A stretch of DNA of 63,145 nt, the filler included, from Olpidium bornovanus S191 (taxonomy: Eukaryota; Fungi; Olpidiomycota), in the NCBI GenBank assembly GCA_017911155.1. It is 29 parts of 29 records of this genome, joined end to end, with 100 filler letters (N's around TTAATTAATTAA, not from the genome) between each part and the next. Parts side by side here need not be neighbours in the genome. Positions count along the whole stretch, not along the records: positions 57,139 to 61,609 come from JAEFCI010009235.1; positions 61,710 to 63,145 come from JAEFCI010009663.1; 27 more parts are not named here. One strand, 5' to 3'. Positions 60,921 through 63,145 of the stretch are shown here, piece after piece. The notes below the pieces were generated by a model. The model saw nothing but the letters and a program-made list of their open reading frames with translations, searched no databases and had not been told where the DNA came from. The position numbers and the translations under genes were made by a program. Numbering within the stretch: the stretch's first letter is position 1; each line of letters opens with the position of its first letter.

Positions 60921-62837
60921 GAGAGGGGTGGCGGCCGGTTGTGTAGAAGAAAATGGGCCCCTGAGTTGATAATAGCACCTGCATCCCTATATATGTACTC
61001 CGCACCACGCGCACCCGTCGCCCGCTAGACACTTCACGGGATCACTTCTGCAAAAGGGCGTAGACTAGATAGCCCCACGTAAAAAAGGCAACAAACATTT
61101 TCTTTTCCAAACCTGCCGTCCTGCGTACTTCTCGTCTTCCTGTCCTGCTTCCTTGGCTCCAAAACGCTACGGGTTGCGTGTGGAACGGGCCCGCCCAGCC
61201 CCTCGCAACCCCATCCTATTCCAGATAAAAAAAAAAAATGAAAAAAAAACTCGCAGCACACAGCCGTTCCTGTTATATATCTTCTCACGCAGGGAACGAG
61301 GATGTGCTCAAGGCGAGGAGAGACGTTATGGAGTGGACCATGAAGCCTTATAATGAGAAAACGCAACGGGAAGAAATGGGAAAGCGCGCCAATCTTGCTA
61401 CCGCAGCCGCTGTCTCACTCGTGAGACTCTCAGTGTCACGCGTCCCACGTCTCGCTGGACTTTAACGCACGGAAAGAGTATTGGTATTGTGCGGCAATCA
61501 CGTTGAACCCATAGAATCTTCAGCAAAGCTGTGCTACAAAACGGCCTCGAGCAGGTACCTCTGCTACACCTTGAAGAACATTTCCGACATCCGCCACCGC
61601 CGCTCCATGNNNNNNNNNNNNNNNNNNNNNNNNNNNNNNNNNNNNNNNNNNNNTTAATTAATTAANNNNNNNNNNNNNNNNNNNNNNNNNNNNNNNNNNN
61701 NNNNNNNNNCATGGGGTTCCAACCAAGAACACGCATTAGGTGAAAAGAAGAAGATAAAGAAGATACACTCAATACACTTATTATCAAGAGACGTATTTTT
61801 TCTACTTATTAGTACGGATGAAGATTTTTGGAACACTAAAGGAAGCCTGGCATAATGTCAAGCGCTTCGGACTTCAAGTCAACAGTGTTTTTAATCACGT
61901 AAATCTCGAAACCAGCACGGGCGCCGCTGCGGGAAACGGCGCCCGGCGTTGGTGCGGCACTCGCGGCGCGGTTCAGAGTCGGGAAACGGGGCGGCGGAAC
62001 GGGGCGCGGAGCTGAATCACGCCCCGACGTGGGGCACACTGGAACTGTCGCGGGACGCGAGATTTGCCTTCCCGCTGGGAAAATCACTAAGGCCCCGCGT
62101 CACAGACAAAGTGCAGATATTGTCGCAGTACTTAGCCATTGCCGCGACGGACCAGCAGCCGCGGCTCTTTTGGACCCGCATCCGCTCCGACCTCCTGGAA
62201 TTTCCGGTCACGCCCTGTGCTACGCAGGTTACGGGCACGGAGCCGCCAGGACAGATGCGGGTCACGGTGGCCCGCCACCCCGTCAAATAAAGGGTGATTT
62301 TTGTTTTCGGGGGGACGAAATGCGGAAATAATTGCAGAAACGGGGGACACCGGCCGAAACGGAGGAGCGCTTCTGAATCAAACCTCACCGCCCTCACGGA
62401 CGGCGAAACACAAAAAATTTCACTAACAGATTTATGAGCCCAAACGGGACTCTGACGGCGCCCCACCACCCGACCGCCGCACTGTCGCCGCCGCTCTGCG
62501 TCACCGCTTGCAGCGCCAGCCCGCGGCCGCGACCGCAGCCGTCCCCCTTAACCTCGTCCCCGTCCGCCCGAAGCTCCGCCGGCGTTCCCCGGAAGCGCGG
62601 TCCGCCGCTTTCCAGCCGGAGGCTCCTGCGCGCGCGCTCTCGCCGTCTCTCTCCGCCTCCATAGCCTACGCGACCTGAAGGAGTCGCTGCGCCGGCCGCT
62701 ACCGGTGGCGGGTGGGCGAGTTGGTGTCCAGTCCCCCCCCCCCAATTTGCAATTAATTTTTAGGTGTCCCCCATTTTTGCAATTGTTTTCGCATTGTGTC
62801 CCCCGGAAACGAAAGTTCCCCCCCCCCCTTTTTTTTG

Positions 62838-62923
62838 TGCTGGGTGAGCCCGGTAGGGTGTAACCCAGTGTCTGGCGTGATGCTGGGTGAGCCCGTTAGG
62901 GTGAAACCCAGTGTCTGGCGTGA
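62838..62923. repeat. 43-bp direct tandem duplication with internal inverted repeats
   Basis: TGCTGGGTGAGCCCGGTAGGGTGTAACCCAGTGTCTGGCGTGA followed by TGCTGGGTGAGCCCGTTAGGGTGAAACCCAGTGTCTGGCGTGA; the copies differ at 2 positions. Confidence 0.95.
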
Positions 62924-63145
62924 AAAAACGTCCGTCCGTCTGTCATCGAGCTCAGCCAATCAGAACGTTCCCCCTTCACCCCCCCCCGACCTCCCCCCCC
63001 CCCCCCCCCCCGGGGGCTGGGGGGGGGCTCCCGCCGCCCCGGGTTCCGAAATCGATGCAAAAAGTGCGAAAAAGCAGCTGGGATTCAAACTGTTGTTTAG
63101 ATGGTGACATGTAAACATTCTAGCCATTCAGATAAGTATCTTCAC

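Noticed and set aside
61280-62300. Exon-like fragments on either side of the last spacer
   Set aside because: Frame and strand are ambiguous and no motif is recognisable.

Overview
This window is not one locus. It is 29 short contig pieces (about 1-7.5 kb) joined by 28 artificial 100-nt spacers (N-run + TTAATTAATTAA + N-run), so gene adjacency across spacers cannot be trusted. The DNA is eukaryotic: GC-rich, with many GT-AG introns and very long homopolymer and microsatellite tracts. Fungal-type genes (actin, Pcl cyclin, Vps74, Sec9, Cps1-like peptidase, Nop15) occur together with cilium/basal-body genes (CFAP410, BBOF1, a TSNAXIP1/CLHC1-type protein). That points to an early-diverging zoosporic fungus. 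The composition resembles Olpidium bornovanus as I recall it, but this is inference and was not verified. Complete or nearly complete genes: MSH3, CFAP410, a cytochrome-b5-like steroid-binding protein, Nop15/NIFK, SOSS-B-like, DUF1275. Partial genes: actin, RPL19, a Sac1-domain phosphatase, UBR7, Pcl cyclin, Vps74, Sec9, BBOF1, an M20 peptidase and a tetraspanin. Mobile-element remnants: two Ty1/copia pol fragments, a PIF/Harbinger transposase with a probable TAA-flanked end, and a decayed dUTPase-bearing element. I found no CRISPR, tRNA or rRNA, and no clearly new multi-gene system. The most unusual signals are: 16 of 56 spacer-adjacent contig ends being exactly CATG; the double-dUTPase-like element bracketed by an inverted repeat; a copia RT with an in-frame ~85-aa insertion; a hairpin-forming 43-bp tandem repeat loosely resembling a hammerhead core; a six-copy CACGTG array upstream of MSH3; and a tetraspanin with a mucin-like extracellular insert.
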